Below, piece by piece: positions 1 to 10,432 of a DNA stretch of 64,000 nucleotides; position 1 is the first letter of the stretch, and every line of letters begins with the position of its first letter. The notes below the pieces were generated by a model that was given only the letters and a program-made list of their open reading frames with translations, was not told the DNA's origin and searched no databases. This DNA is from Mytilus trossulus (Eukaryota). The stretch is taken from NCBI RefSeq assembly GCF_036588685.1, contig NC_086379.1:31124001-31188000 (forward strand), written 5' to 3'. Both the position numbers and the translations under genes were made by a program.

Positions 1-451
1 TTTTCTTTTCTCCACTTAACACTAATGTGTTAATTAATATATTAATTGATTAATTATGATATCACCCAAGCTCCAGAAGCTAGTGGACTGTCGTTTTATT
101 TGGACCGTTCAACGACAGTTAATTAACTACCTGATTTCAATGAAAGACTTCCGTATAGACTTTAATAGAGATAAAGTCAGAAATCCAATATACTTTATCA
201 AACTTAACTTAAGGTGGTTCATGTCACCGTACCTAACACTACAGGGAGATAACTCTGTCAAATCGCTAAACGTTTTAATGGCGTTACATGTATTGTTTAA
301 TGAAAAATTAAGCTTCTCAATGATCAAAATTAGTGTTTGTCAAACTGCCGTTTCAAACCATTTTTTTTCCGAGAAAGTGATCGTTCACTTTATCGATTTT
401 TTTTTTTAATTTTCAAAAGGTCAAAGCAAATTTTTTGTCAACATATTTGGG

Positions 452-843
452 AAACAAGAATGTGTTCCAAGTACACGGATACACCATCCGCACTTTCTTT
501 TTTATGTTCAGTGGACCGTGAAAATGGAATAAAATCTCTAACTTGGCATTTAAATTACAAAGATCTATCATAGGGAACATGTTTACTAAGTTTCATGTTG
601 ATTGGACTTCAACTTCATCAAAAACTTTAACCTGAAGCGGTACAGACGGACGGACGATCGAACAGTACGACGAAGGGACGGACGAACGAACAGAGCGACG
701 AACGGGCAGACGAACGAACAGTACGACGAACGGACGAACTGACGGACGGACGGACGAACAGACGGACAGACATTCAGACAAACTAACAGACCGACGAACG
801 GACGCACAGACCAGAAAACATAATGGCCATAAATGGGGCATAA
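452..843 (+). mobile_element. Non-autonomous interspersed repeat (Helentron/HINE-like) with internal GACG/GACA microsatellite
   Basis: Starts AAACAAGAATGTG, has a (GACG/GAAC)n tract at ~640-810, ends GGGGCATAA. Truncated versions occur at ~3100-3153 and ~4820-4874. Family assignment is by recognition. Confidence 0.6.
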
Positions 844-890
844 TTAAACGGGCCAAATTATAGTCAAGGTGTTGGGTACCACCGTTATAT

Positions 891-1454
891 CTTAACTTAA
901 CTTAACTTAACTTAACTTAACTTAACTTAACTTAANNNNNNNNNNNNNNNNNNNNNNNNNNNNNNNNNNNNNNNNNNNNNNNNNNNNNNNNNNNNNNNNN
1001 NNNNNNNNNNNNNNNNNNNNNNNNNNNNNNNNNNNNNNNNNNNNNNNNNNNNNNNNNNNNNNNNNNNNNNNNNNNNNNNNNNNNNNNNNNNNNNNNNNNN
1101 NNNNNNNNNNNNNNNNNNNNNNNNNNNNNNNNNNNNNNNNNNNNNNNNNNNNNNNNNNNNNNNNNNNNNNNNNNNNNNNNNNNNNNNNNNNNNNNNNNNN
1201 NNNNNNNNNNNNNNNNNNNNNNNNNNNNNNNNNNNNNNNNNNNNNNNNNNNNNNNNNNNNNNNNNNNNNNNNNNNNNNNNNNNNNNNNNNNNNNNNNNNN
1301 NNNNNNNNNNNNNNNNNNNNNNNNNNNNNNNNNNNNNNNNNNNNNNNNNNNNNNNNNNNNNNNNNNNNNNNNNNNNNNNNNNNNNNNNNNNNNNNNNNNN
1401 NNNNNNNNNNNNNNNNNTTACTTCACTTTACTTCACTTTACTTCACTTTACTTA
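891..1454. other. (CTTAA)n / (CTTCACTTTA)n microsatellite interrupted by an assembly gap (N 936-1417)
   Basis: Seen directly. The gap sits at the microsatellite position of the tandem unit. Confidence 0.95.
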
Positions 1455-1524
1455 AGTAAAAGTTTTCGCTCTTCACAAGTATTTTATTTTTGTGAAAACA
1501 TGCTGCTTGATATCGTGAAAAGCT

Positions 1525-1623
1525 TGAAGGCCGTACTTTAACCTATAATGGTTTAATTTTTAAATTGTTATTTGGATGGAGAGTTGTATCATTGGCACTC
1601 ACACCACATCTTCCTATATCTAT
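1525..1623 (-). mobile_element. Truncated copy of the ~190-bp interspersed repeat (TAGATATAGGAAGATGTGG family), present in one array unit only
   Basis: Near-identical to 55318-55415. Absent at the equivalent site of the next unit (GATAAGCTTGATTAATCC, ~3336-3353). Confidence 0.85.
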
Positions 1624-2038
1624 TGATTAATCCAGAAATATCAATTTGTGACAAGGTGTCCTTTTTTGTGATGGATACGAAAGCAGCAGTTAAAAATCAT
1701 AGTTTGGGGAAATGTTTGAGTAAAGAACGTCCGAAATTGTAATTTTGAAAGCTAGACTTAATCGTTGTTTTTCAAAGAACACAAAGGATAGATTTTAAAG
1801 TAATTTCGTTGTGATGATTTTTACTTTCAATTTATAAGTGAGAAAAAAATTTGCTAAACGAGACCTTCAATAAGAAATATTAAAATCCTGCTTTTATTTT
1901 TCACGCGTTTAAAATAAAAAAAAATATGCATTGCGTAACGTGAACTGCAGAAAAATTAATATGTTTTAAAATCTCCGTTTATTTTTCATCTTAATAAAAA
2001 GAACAAAAGAAAACTTCTTTAAATACCAACAATTCAGA

Positions 2039-2075
2039 CTCTTTTTGATATATATTTGTGGCCCTTAAAAGAGCC
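2039..2075 (-). terminator. Histone-type 3' processing signal, copy 1: stem-loop GGCTCT-TTTA-AGGGCC (2075-2060) plus HDE-like AAAAAGAG (2046-2039)
   Basis: Minus strand reads AAAAG GGCTCTTTTAAGGGCC ACAAA TATATATC AAAAAGAG, starting 35 nt after the stop codon. Confidence 0.85.
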
Positions 2076-2110
2076 CTTTTCACAGTCTGACGACTGGTAA
2101 TGGGAACTCT

Positions 2111-2428
2111 TCAGCGTTCCATGTGTTCTGCGTAACCGTCTTCGAAAGGTTCGTACTCTGCTTCTTCACCAAATAGCTTGTATCTCAGAGCTTCAACTTG
2201 CTTCTGTTTCTCTACTGTGTATTCGTAGTACATGTTTATAACGCCTTCTACTGTAACAATTTTCATGCGTAGTGGATATCGTAAGCACCTAAAGTTGGCA
2301 TTGACGGCATTTTCATATCTGATCTTTAGGTCTTGCAGTTTATCATGGAGTAAAAACATTTGCTGACAGGCTCTCTGAGTTCTACTCTCAGCTTCTTTCA
2401 GTTTGATGCAAAGATGTGGAGAATTCAT
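2111..2428 (-). CDS. Uncharacterised 105-aa predicted helical/coiled-coil protein, array copy 1
   Basis: Intronless ATG-TGA ORF conserved in 3 copies without frameshifts, with many synonymous differences between copies. No histone-fold similarity recognisable. Confidence 0.75.
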   Translation of the reverse strand: MNSPHLCIKLKEAESRTQRACQQMFLLHDKLQDLKIRYENAVNANFRCLRYPLRMKIVTVEGVINMYYEYTVEKQKQVEALRYKLFGEEAEYEPFEDGYAEHMER

Positions 2429-2469
2429 TTTCTTTAGATTTTTTAGACTCAGCTTATCGATTGTTTATT

Positions 2470-2523
2470 GAATGATTTCTGAATACAGAATGATGGATCA
2501 ATCGTTTTACACCTTTTTATTTA
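2470..2523 (-). promoter_or_regulatory. Putative core promoter of the array gene: TAAATAAAA about 30 nt upstream of TCATTC initiator-like sites
   Basis: Minus strand TAAATAAAAAGG starts at 2523; TCATTC at 2493-2488 and 2475-2470. These motifs are conserved in the other two copies. Confidence 0.5.
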
Positions 2524-3153
2524 CATGCATCGTGTGTCAAACGATGTTCATATTGATGTCAAGATGACACTTTAAAATCGTAAAGTCGTGATGCTCAGAT
2601 GACACTTAGTGTGTTTTCTTTTCTCCACTTAACGCTAATGTGTTAATTAATATATTAATTGATTAATCATGATATCACCCAAGCTCTAGAAGCTAGTGGA
2701 CTGTCGTTTTATTTGGACCGTTCAACGACAGATAATTAACTACCGCTGATTTCAATGAAAGACTTCCGTATAGACTTTTATAGCGACAAAGAGCGTATAA
2801 AGTCAGCAAAGCTAATATACGTTATTAAACTTTGACTTGGCTTAACTTAACTTAAGGTGCATGGTTCATGTACCTAACACTACAGGGAGACAACTCTGTA
2901 AAATCAGCTAAACGTTTTACTTACGTTGTATTGTTTAAGGAAAAATTAAGCTTCCCAATGATAAAAATTAGTGCTTGTCAAACTGCCGTTTCCAACCATT
3001 TTTTCCGAGAAAGTGATGGTAAAGTGTATTGAAATTATTTTTCCTTTTCAAAAGGTCAAAGCAAATTTTTTGCAAAAAAATATTTGAAAACCACATTCCC
3101 AAGTACACGAAAGCCCCATCCGCACTATCATTTTTTATGTTCAGTGGACCGTG

Positions 3154-3270
3154 CTTACCTTTACTTAACTTTACTTACCTTTACTTAACTTTACTTAACT
3201 TTACTTAACTTTACTTAACTTAACTTAGCTTTACTTAACTTTACTTAACTTTACTAGTTTACTAACTACT
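3154..3270. repeat. (TTTACTTAAC)n minisatellite within array unit
   Basis: Seen directly. Confidence 0.95.
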
Positions 3271-3758
3271 CAAAGTAAGAGTTTTCGCTCTTAACAAATA
3301 TTTTATTTTTGTGAAAGCATGTTGCTTGATATCGTGATAAGCTTGATTAATCCAGAACTATCCATTTGTGACAGCGTGTCCTTTTTTGTGATGGATACGA
3401 AAGCAGCAGTTATAAGGATATCATAGTTTGGGGAAATATTTGAGTAGAGAACGTCCGAAATTGTAGTTTTGAAAGCTAGACTAAATCGTCGTTTTTAAAA
3501 GAAGAAAGAACACAAAGGATAGATTTTAAAGTAATTTCGTTGTGATGATTTTTACTTTCAGTTTTTACGTGAGAAAAAAATTTGTTAAACGGGACTATAT
3601 CCAAATCCTGCTTTTATTCTTCACGCGTTTAAAATTAAACGATATGATTGCGTAACGTGAACTGCAGAAAAATAAATATGTTTTCAAATCTCCGTTTATT
3701 TTTCATCTTAATAAAAAGAACAAAAGAAAAATTCTTTAAATAAATACAACAATTCATA

Positions 3759-3795
3759 CTCTTTTTGAAATATATTTGTGGCTCTTAAAAGAACC
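3759..3795 (-). terminator. Histone-type 3' processing signal, copy 2: GGTTCT-TTTA-AGAGCC plus AAAAAGAG
   Basis: Stem-loop 3795-3780 followed by ACAAA; HDE-like element 3766-3759. Confidence 0.85.
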
Positions 3796-3857
3796 CTTTT
3801 CACAGTCTGGCGACTGGTGATGGGAACTCTTCAGTGTTCCATGTGCTCTGTGTAATC

Positions 3858-4148
3858 TTATTCATAGAGTTCATATTCTGCTCCTTCACCAAACAGCTTG
3901 TATCTCAGAGCTTCAACTTGCTTCTGTTTCTCTACCGTGTATTCGAAGTATATATTTATAACGCCTTCTACTGTAACAATTTTCATGCGTAGTGGATATC
4001 GTAAGCACCTGGAGTTGGCGTTGACGGCATTTTCATATCTGATCTTTAGGTCTTGAAGTTTATCATGGAGTAACAACATTTGCTGACAGGCTCTCTGAGT
4101 TCTACTCTCAGCCTCTTTCAATTTGATGTAAAGGTGTGAAGAATTCAT
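3858..4148 (-). CDS. Uncharacterised 96-aa protein, array copy 2
   Basis: Paralogue of copy 1. The homologous ATG is at 4148; the ORF-track start at 4175 is a TTG. Confidence 0.7.
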   Translation of the reverse strand: MNSSHLYIKLKEAESRTQRACQQMLLLHDKLQDLKIRYENAVNANSRCLRYPLRMKIVTVEGVINIYFEYTVEKQKQVEALRYKLFGEGAEYELYE

Positions 4149-4874
4149 TTTCTGTAGTTTTTTTAAACTGCGCAAATCGATTGCTTATTGAATGATTTCT
4201 GAATACAGAATGATGGATCAATCGTTTTACACCTTTTTATTTACATGCATCTTGTGTCAAACGATGCTCATATTGATGTCAAGATGACACTTTAAAATCG
4301 TAAAGTCGTGATGCTCAAATGACACTTAGTGTGTTTTCTTTTCTCCACTTAACGCTAATGTGTTAATTAATATATTAATTGATTAATTATGATATCACCC
4401 AAGCTCTAGAAGCTAGTGGACTGTCGTTTTATTTGGACCGTTTAACGACAGATAATTAACTACCGCTGATTTCAATGAAAGACTTCCGTATAGACTTTTA
4501 TAGCGACAAAGAGCGTATAAAGTCAGCAAAGCTAATATACGTTATTAAACTTTGACTTGGCTTAACTTAACTTAAGGTGCATGGTTCATGTACCTAACAC
4601 TACAGGGAGACAACTCTGTAAAATCAGCTAAACGTTTTACTTACGTTGTATTGTTTAAGAAAAAATTAAGCTTCCCAATGATAAAAATTAGTGCTTGTCA
4701 AACTGCCGTTTCCAACCATTTTTTCCGAGAAAGTGATGGTAAAGTGTATTAAATTATTTTTCCTTTTCAAAAGGTCAAAGCAAATTTTTTGCAAAAAAAT
4801 ATTTGAAAACCACATTCCCAAATACACGAAAGCCCCATATCCGCACTATTATTTTTTATGTTCAGTGGACCGTG

Positions 4875-5070
4875 CTTACCTTTACTTAACTTTAATTAAC
4901 TTTACTTAACTTTACTTTACTTAACTTAACTTTACTTAACTTTACTTAACTTTACTTAACTTTACTACTTAACTTTACTTAACTTTACTTAACTTCACTT
5001 AACTTCACTTAACTTCACTTAACTTCACTTAACTTCACTTAACTTTACTTAACTTTACTAATTTACTAAC
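4875..5070. repeat. (TTTACTTAAC/TTCACTTAAC)n minisatellite within array unit
   Basis: Seen directly; longer than in the previous unit. Confidence 0.95.
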
Positions 5071-5590
5071 TCAAAGTAAGAGTTTTCGCTCTTAACAAAT
5101 ATTTTATTTTTGTGAAAGCATCAAAAAAGATCAAATGAAAAATGCACAAAGTAGCGATAAGCTTGATTAATCCAGAACTATCCATTTGTGACAGCGTGTC
5201 CTTTTTGTGATGGATACGAAAGCAGCAGTTATAAGGATATCATAGTTTGGGGAAATATTTGAGTAGAGAACGTCCGAAATTGTAGTTTTGAAAGCTAGAC
5301 TAAATCGTCGTTTTTAAAAGAAGAAAGAACACAAAGGATAGATTTTAAAGTAATTTCGTTGTGATGATTTTTACTTTCAGTTTTTACGTGAGAAAAAAAT
5401 TTGTTAAACGCGACCTTCAATAAGGAATATATCCAAATCCTGCTTTTATTCTTCACGCGTTTAAAATAAAACGATATGATTGCGTAACGTGGACTGCAGA
5501 AAAATAAATATGTTTTCAAATCTCCGTTTATTTTTCATCTTAATAAAAAGAACAAAAGAAAAATTCTTTAAATAAATACAACAATTCATA

Positions 5591-5627
5591 CTCTTTTTGA
5601 AATATATTTGTGGCTCTTAAAAGAGCC
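5591..5627 (-). terminator. Histone-type 3' processing signal, copy 3: GGCTCT-TTTA-AGAGCC plus AAAAAGAG
   Basis: Perfect Watson-Crick stem 5627-5612 followed by ACAAA; HDE-like element 5598-5591. Confidence 0.88.
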
Positions 5628-5689
5628 CTTTTCACAGTCTGGCGACTGGTGATGGGAACTCTTCAGTGTTCCATGTGCTCTGTGTAATC

Positions 5690-5980
5690 TTATTCATAGA
5701 GTTCATATTCTGCTCCTTCACCAAACAGCTTGTATCTCAGAGCTTCAACTTGCTTCTGTTTCTCTACCGTGTATTCGAAGTACATATTTATAACGCCTTC
5801 TACTGTAACAATTTTCATGCGTAGTGGATATCGTAAGCACCTGGAGTTGGCGTTGACGGCATTTTCATATCTGATCTTTAGGTCTTGAAGTTTATCATGG
5901 AGTAACAACATTTGCTGACAGGCTCTCTGAGTTCTACTCTCAGCCTCTTTCAATTTGATGTAAAGATGTGGATAATTCAT
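5690..5980 (-). CDS. Uncharacterised 96-aa protein, array copy 3
   Basis: Paralogue of copies 1 and 2; intact ATG-TAA ORF. Confidence 0.7.
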   Translation of the reverse strand: MNYPHLYIKLKEAESRTQRACQQMLLLHDKLQDLKIRYENAVNANSRCLRYPLRMKIVTVEGVINMYFEYTVEKQKQVEALRYKLFGEGAEYELYE

Positions 5981-6689
5981 TTTCTTTAGATTTTTTAGTC
6001 TTAGCTTATCGATTGTTTATTGAATGATTTCTGAATACAGAATGATGGCTTAATCGTTTTACACCTTCTTTTTATTTACATGCATCGTGTGTCAAACGAT
6101 GCTCATATTGATGTCAAGATGACACTTAAATATCGTAAACTCGTGATGCTCAAATGACACTTAGTGTGTTTTCTGTTCTCCACTTAACACTTATGTGTTA
6201 ATTAATATATTAATTGATTAATCATGATATCACCCAAGCTCCAGAAGCTAGTGGACTATCGTTTTATTTGGACTGTTCAACGACAGTTAATTAACTATCT
6301 GATTTCAATGGAAGACTTGTCTTCCGTATAGAAGAGAGACAAAGAGCGGATAAAAGTCAGGAAAGTCAATATCCTTTACTTTACTTTTCGTAATTTTACT
6401 TCAACTATAGAAAAGGCGTTAGATTAATTTTGATATCACACAACCTCTAGAAACTAGTTGTGTGCCGTTTAAAGACAGTTAATTAGCTTCTTGATTAGAC
6501 TGAAAGAGTTTCATTTATACATTCGTACATTTTAGTATATATTAAAAAAGTTGTGGCAGATGGTCAGCAGGAATACGCTCCACAAGATATGTAATTATTT
6601 ATTTCTTTTCCGTACTTGACCTTTGATTCTTTAATTTTTACTTTTTTGTATATTATCTAGCATATTGACCTTGAAGTTCAAACGTGAAC

Positions 6690-8381
6690 TGTTTTACTTA
6701 GTCATTCGGTGAATATCTCATATTTACAATAGCCTATCCATGCTGACTAGAAGTTTGTTGGTAGTCATTCGATGAATATCTCATATTTACAGTAGCCTAT
6801 CCATGCTGACTAGAAGTTTGTTGGTAGTCATTCGATGAATATCTCATATTTACAGTAGCCTATCCATGCTGACTAGAAGTTTGTTTTACTGAGTCATTCG
6901 ATGAATATCTCATATTTACAATAGCCTGTCCATGCTGACTAGAAGTTTGTTTTACTGAGTCATTCGATGGATATCTCATATTTACAGTAGCCTATCCATG
7001 CTGACTAGAAGTTTGTTTTACTTAGTCATTCGGTGAATATCTCATATTTACAGTAGCCTATCCATGCTGACTAGAAGTTTGTTTTACTTAGTCATTCGAT
7101 GAATATCTCATATTTACAGTAGCCTATCCATGCTGACTAGAAGTTTGTTTTACTTAGTCATTCGATGAATATCTCATATTTACAGTAGCCTATCCATGCT
7201 GACTAGACGTTTGTTTTACTTAGTCATTCGATGAATATCTCATATTTACAGTAGCCTATCCATGCTGACTAGAAGTTTGTTTTACTTAGTCATTCGATGA
7301 ATATCTCATATTTACAGTAGCCTATCCATGCTGACTAGACGTTTGTTTTACTTAGTCATTCGATGAATATCTCATATTTACAGTAGCCTATCCATGCTGA
7401 CTAGAAGTTTGTTGGTAGTCATTCGATGAATATCTCATATTTACAGTAGCCTATCCATGCTGACTAGAAGTTTGTTGGTAGTCATTCGATGAATATCTCA
7501 TATTTACAATAGCCTGTCCATGCTGACTAGAAGTTTGTTTTACTGAGTCATTCGATGGATATCTCATATTTACAGTAGCCTATCCATGCTGACTAGAAGT
7601 TTGTTTTACTTAGTCATTCGGTGAATATCTCATATTTACAGTAGCCTATCCATGCTGACTAGACGTTTGTTTTACTTAGTCATTCGATGAATATCTCATA
7701 TTAACAGTAGCCTATCCATGCTGACTAGAAGTTTGTTTTACTTAGTCATTCGATGAATATCTCATATTTACAGTAGCCTATCCATGCTGACTAGAAGTTT
7801 GTTGGTAGTCATTAGATGAATATCTCATATTTACAGTAGCCTATCCATGCTGACTAGAAGTTTGTTGGTAGTCATTCGATGAATATCTCATATTTACAGT
7901 AGCCTATCCATGCTGACTAGAAGTTTGTTTTACTTAGTCATTCGATGAATATCTCATATTTACAGTAGCCTATCCATGCTGACTAGAAGTTTGTTGGTAG
8001 TCATTCGATGAATATCTCATATTTACAGTAGCCTATCCATGCTGACTAGAAGTTTGTTTTACTGAGTCATTCGATGAATATCTCATATTTACAGTAGCCT
8101 ATCCATGCTGACTAGAAGTTTGTTGGTAGTCATTCGATGAATATCTCATATTTACAGTAGCCTATCCATGCTGACTAGAAGTTTGTTTTACTTAGTCATT
8201 CGATGAATATCTCATATTTACAGTAGCCTATCCATGCTGACTAGAAGTTTGTTGGTAGTCATTAGATGAATATCTCATATTTACAGTAGCCTATCCATGC
8301 TGACTAGAAGTTTGTTGGTAGTCATTCGATGAATATCTCATATTTACAGTAGCCTATCCATGCTGACTAGAAGTTTGTTGG
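6690..8381. repeat. Satellite, ~26 copies of a 63/66-bp monomer
   Basis: TAGTCATTCGATGAATATCTCATATTTACAGTAGCCTATCCATGCTGACTAGAAGTTTGT plus TTTACT (66 bp) or TGG (63 bp); head-to-tail, no spacers. Confidence 0.97.
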
Positions 8382-9269
8382 ACTAAATTGTCTTACTGTG
8401 GAATTGTAAATAGTAAGGCAGGTTTGCCAACATGTCCATTTTTACAGATTATAGATTTTTATGAGTTTTTTACAGACCAGATATTTGGGGCCATATAATA
8501 CCTTACGACAATATGTAATACCTGCCGTCTCTTCTATTAACAGATTACCCTGAAAATGACTCCTACCTCCACTCCATTTTGTAAACTTTCACAATTTTCC
8601 ATTTTTTAACTCCAAGAGAGAGCATTTAGGTTGTTATATATCTATAACAACACATCTGGAATGGGTCTATAGACCATTATTTGTAAGATTTAACTCTCTG
8701 CAGTCATAACATGTCAGCTAGGCTACTATCAAATAAAGGGGAATATGTCCATAGGACACATATGAGCCCCCCCCCCCCCCCGCCTTGCACATAACGTTAA
8801 ATGAGGACATAACTACAAGGGGGGGAATCTACGTCATCACGCAGGGTGTCGACGATCGAAATTGGACCACCATCTTGTCGCTTCAAGGTAAGAATTTTAC
8901 TTATTATGCCAGATATATGATAGTTATGATTATACAAAATAGTCCACCAAAGACTATATAAAGTAGGAAAATAAATGAGCCATCGCTCAATATTATTGGT
9001 TATCTCAATTTGGCAAACACTTCGATACAAGTTTTAGGAATTAGGTCAAACATGCAGACAGAAATTTTCATAACAACATCTTGATTATCAAGAACCGCCC
9101 CGTTCACCAACAAATGAACATGTCCGAGTTCTTTATTGTACTCGGGAAAATACTTGTTACTCACAAATATCCGTCATTATGGTCGAAAAACGTCTTATTT
9201 TAAAAAAATGGAAAAAGGATGTCGGCAACACATCGAATATCGAAGGATGTCGGGGACACATTAATATAT

Positions 9270-9600
9270 TAACAATGTAATTGTCCTTTGATTTTATCAA
9301 CCATTATAAAGATACGATAAAAAAAACAAGAGAAGCGTCCCTTGCTTGCTTCCATTTCATGCACTCAATTTCAGGATTCAATATTTGTACATATTCGAAA
9401 AAAAAAATTTAGAAGGTGAAACTCAGAAATCGTTTCAGTTAAGCCAGGAGTTCCACAGGGGTCAATTATTTGACCATGTCTTTTTGATACTATATATATA
9501 CATATATAGTTACACTTTTTCTCAAATCTGGTATAGATTAAGCTACAAAAAATGAATCCGATTTCACCTTGAGAGATGCTCACGCCTGATGAAGCTAATT
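9270..9600 (+). pseudogene. Decayed LINE reverse-transcriptase fragment inside the TIR element
   Basis: ~9435-9480 translates SVKPGVPQGSII*P, matching the RT GVPQGS motif. Boundaries approximate. Confidence 0.55.
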
Positions 9601-9750
9601 TTTTTAACGAAATATTACGTATTTCTATTTAAAATCTAATAGAGCTTTTTAATGTATAAATTAGCGTGTTTAAGTTATAATCTTAGACTTTATACAAGTG
9701 AATGTATATAAAATGACATTTCATCTGGCCCTACATCTACCTGATGTTTA

Positions 9751-10170
9751 ATAGGCAACAGTAATATACCGCTGTTCGAAATTCATAAATCGAAAAATAA
9801 TAAAAAATCCGGGTTACAAACTAAAACTGAGGGAAACGCATCAAATATAAGAGGAAAACTACGACACAATAGACAAGCAACATTAAAATATAGCAAACAC
9901 AGAAACGAAATATAATATAGCAATGGCAATTTTCCTGACTTGGTACGGGACATTTGAAAAAAAATAATGGTGGATTGAACTTGGTTTTTGTGACATGCCA
10001 AACCTTCCACTTCAATGGCAATGATGAATTTAACATTAAAATGACAACATTTCCTGACAGGATTACATTACAAAATAATGGGAGAACATATAGCACAGAA
10101 AAATTCACTAATAATAGCTAACAAAAATTATCAGGTTTAAAGCTTTATACGCCAGACGTGCGTTTCTTTA
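9751..10170 (-). mobile_element. Retrozyme/Penelope-like repeat remnant with truncated hammerhead
   Basis: Ends in TACGCCAGACGTGCGTTTC, matching the 3' half of the hammerhead at 30301-30319. The CTGATGA half is missing. Confidence 0.5.
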
Positions 10171-10432
10171 CATTTTTACTTGCAGGTGATACCCTAGATA
10201 ATTTGGCTTTTTAATGGAACTTTCATGAGTCTACAGTACAAAAATATCTCATGGGAAACTATGCCGGTAAAGGCATTCCACCCAGTCAATTATGCAATGT
10301 CATCCCAGACACCAGATTAAAAAAACAATCTTATTTAACTACACGTTGTTCAACTACACATTAGAATACGTTACATCAACTAAATATTAATAATTTGATA
10401 TGAACGTTCATGTAACTTTTATAATTTATAAT

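Larger units (their letters stand above)
1..6330. repeat. Tandem array of ~1.72-1.84-kb gene-containing units (3 ORF copies plus the upstream part of a 4th unit at the window start)
   Basis: Marker TTTTCT(T/G)TTCTCCACTTAAC recurs at 1, 2614, 4334 and 6169 (periods 1720 and 1835). Each unit has an ORF, stem-loop, upstream region and TTAAC-type microsatellite. Confidence 0.95.

Noticed and set aside
586-856. ORFs 586-807 and 593-856
   Set aside because: Translations of the GACG microsatellite (SVRP repeats) inside a mobile element.
891-935. (CTTAA)n as a telomeric repeat
   Set aside because: It reads TTAAG, not TTAGGG or TTAGG, and related tracts are internal to every array unit.
2111-5980. 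Array ORFs as histone or protamine-like genes because of the stem-loop
   Set aside because: No recognisable H1/H2A/H2B/H3/H4 motifs and no K/R/A-rich composition.
6690-8381. CRISPR-like regular repeat
   Set aside because: Monomers are contiguous with no unique spacers, there are no cas genes, and the context is eukaryotic; it is a satellite.
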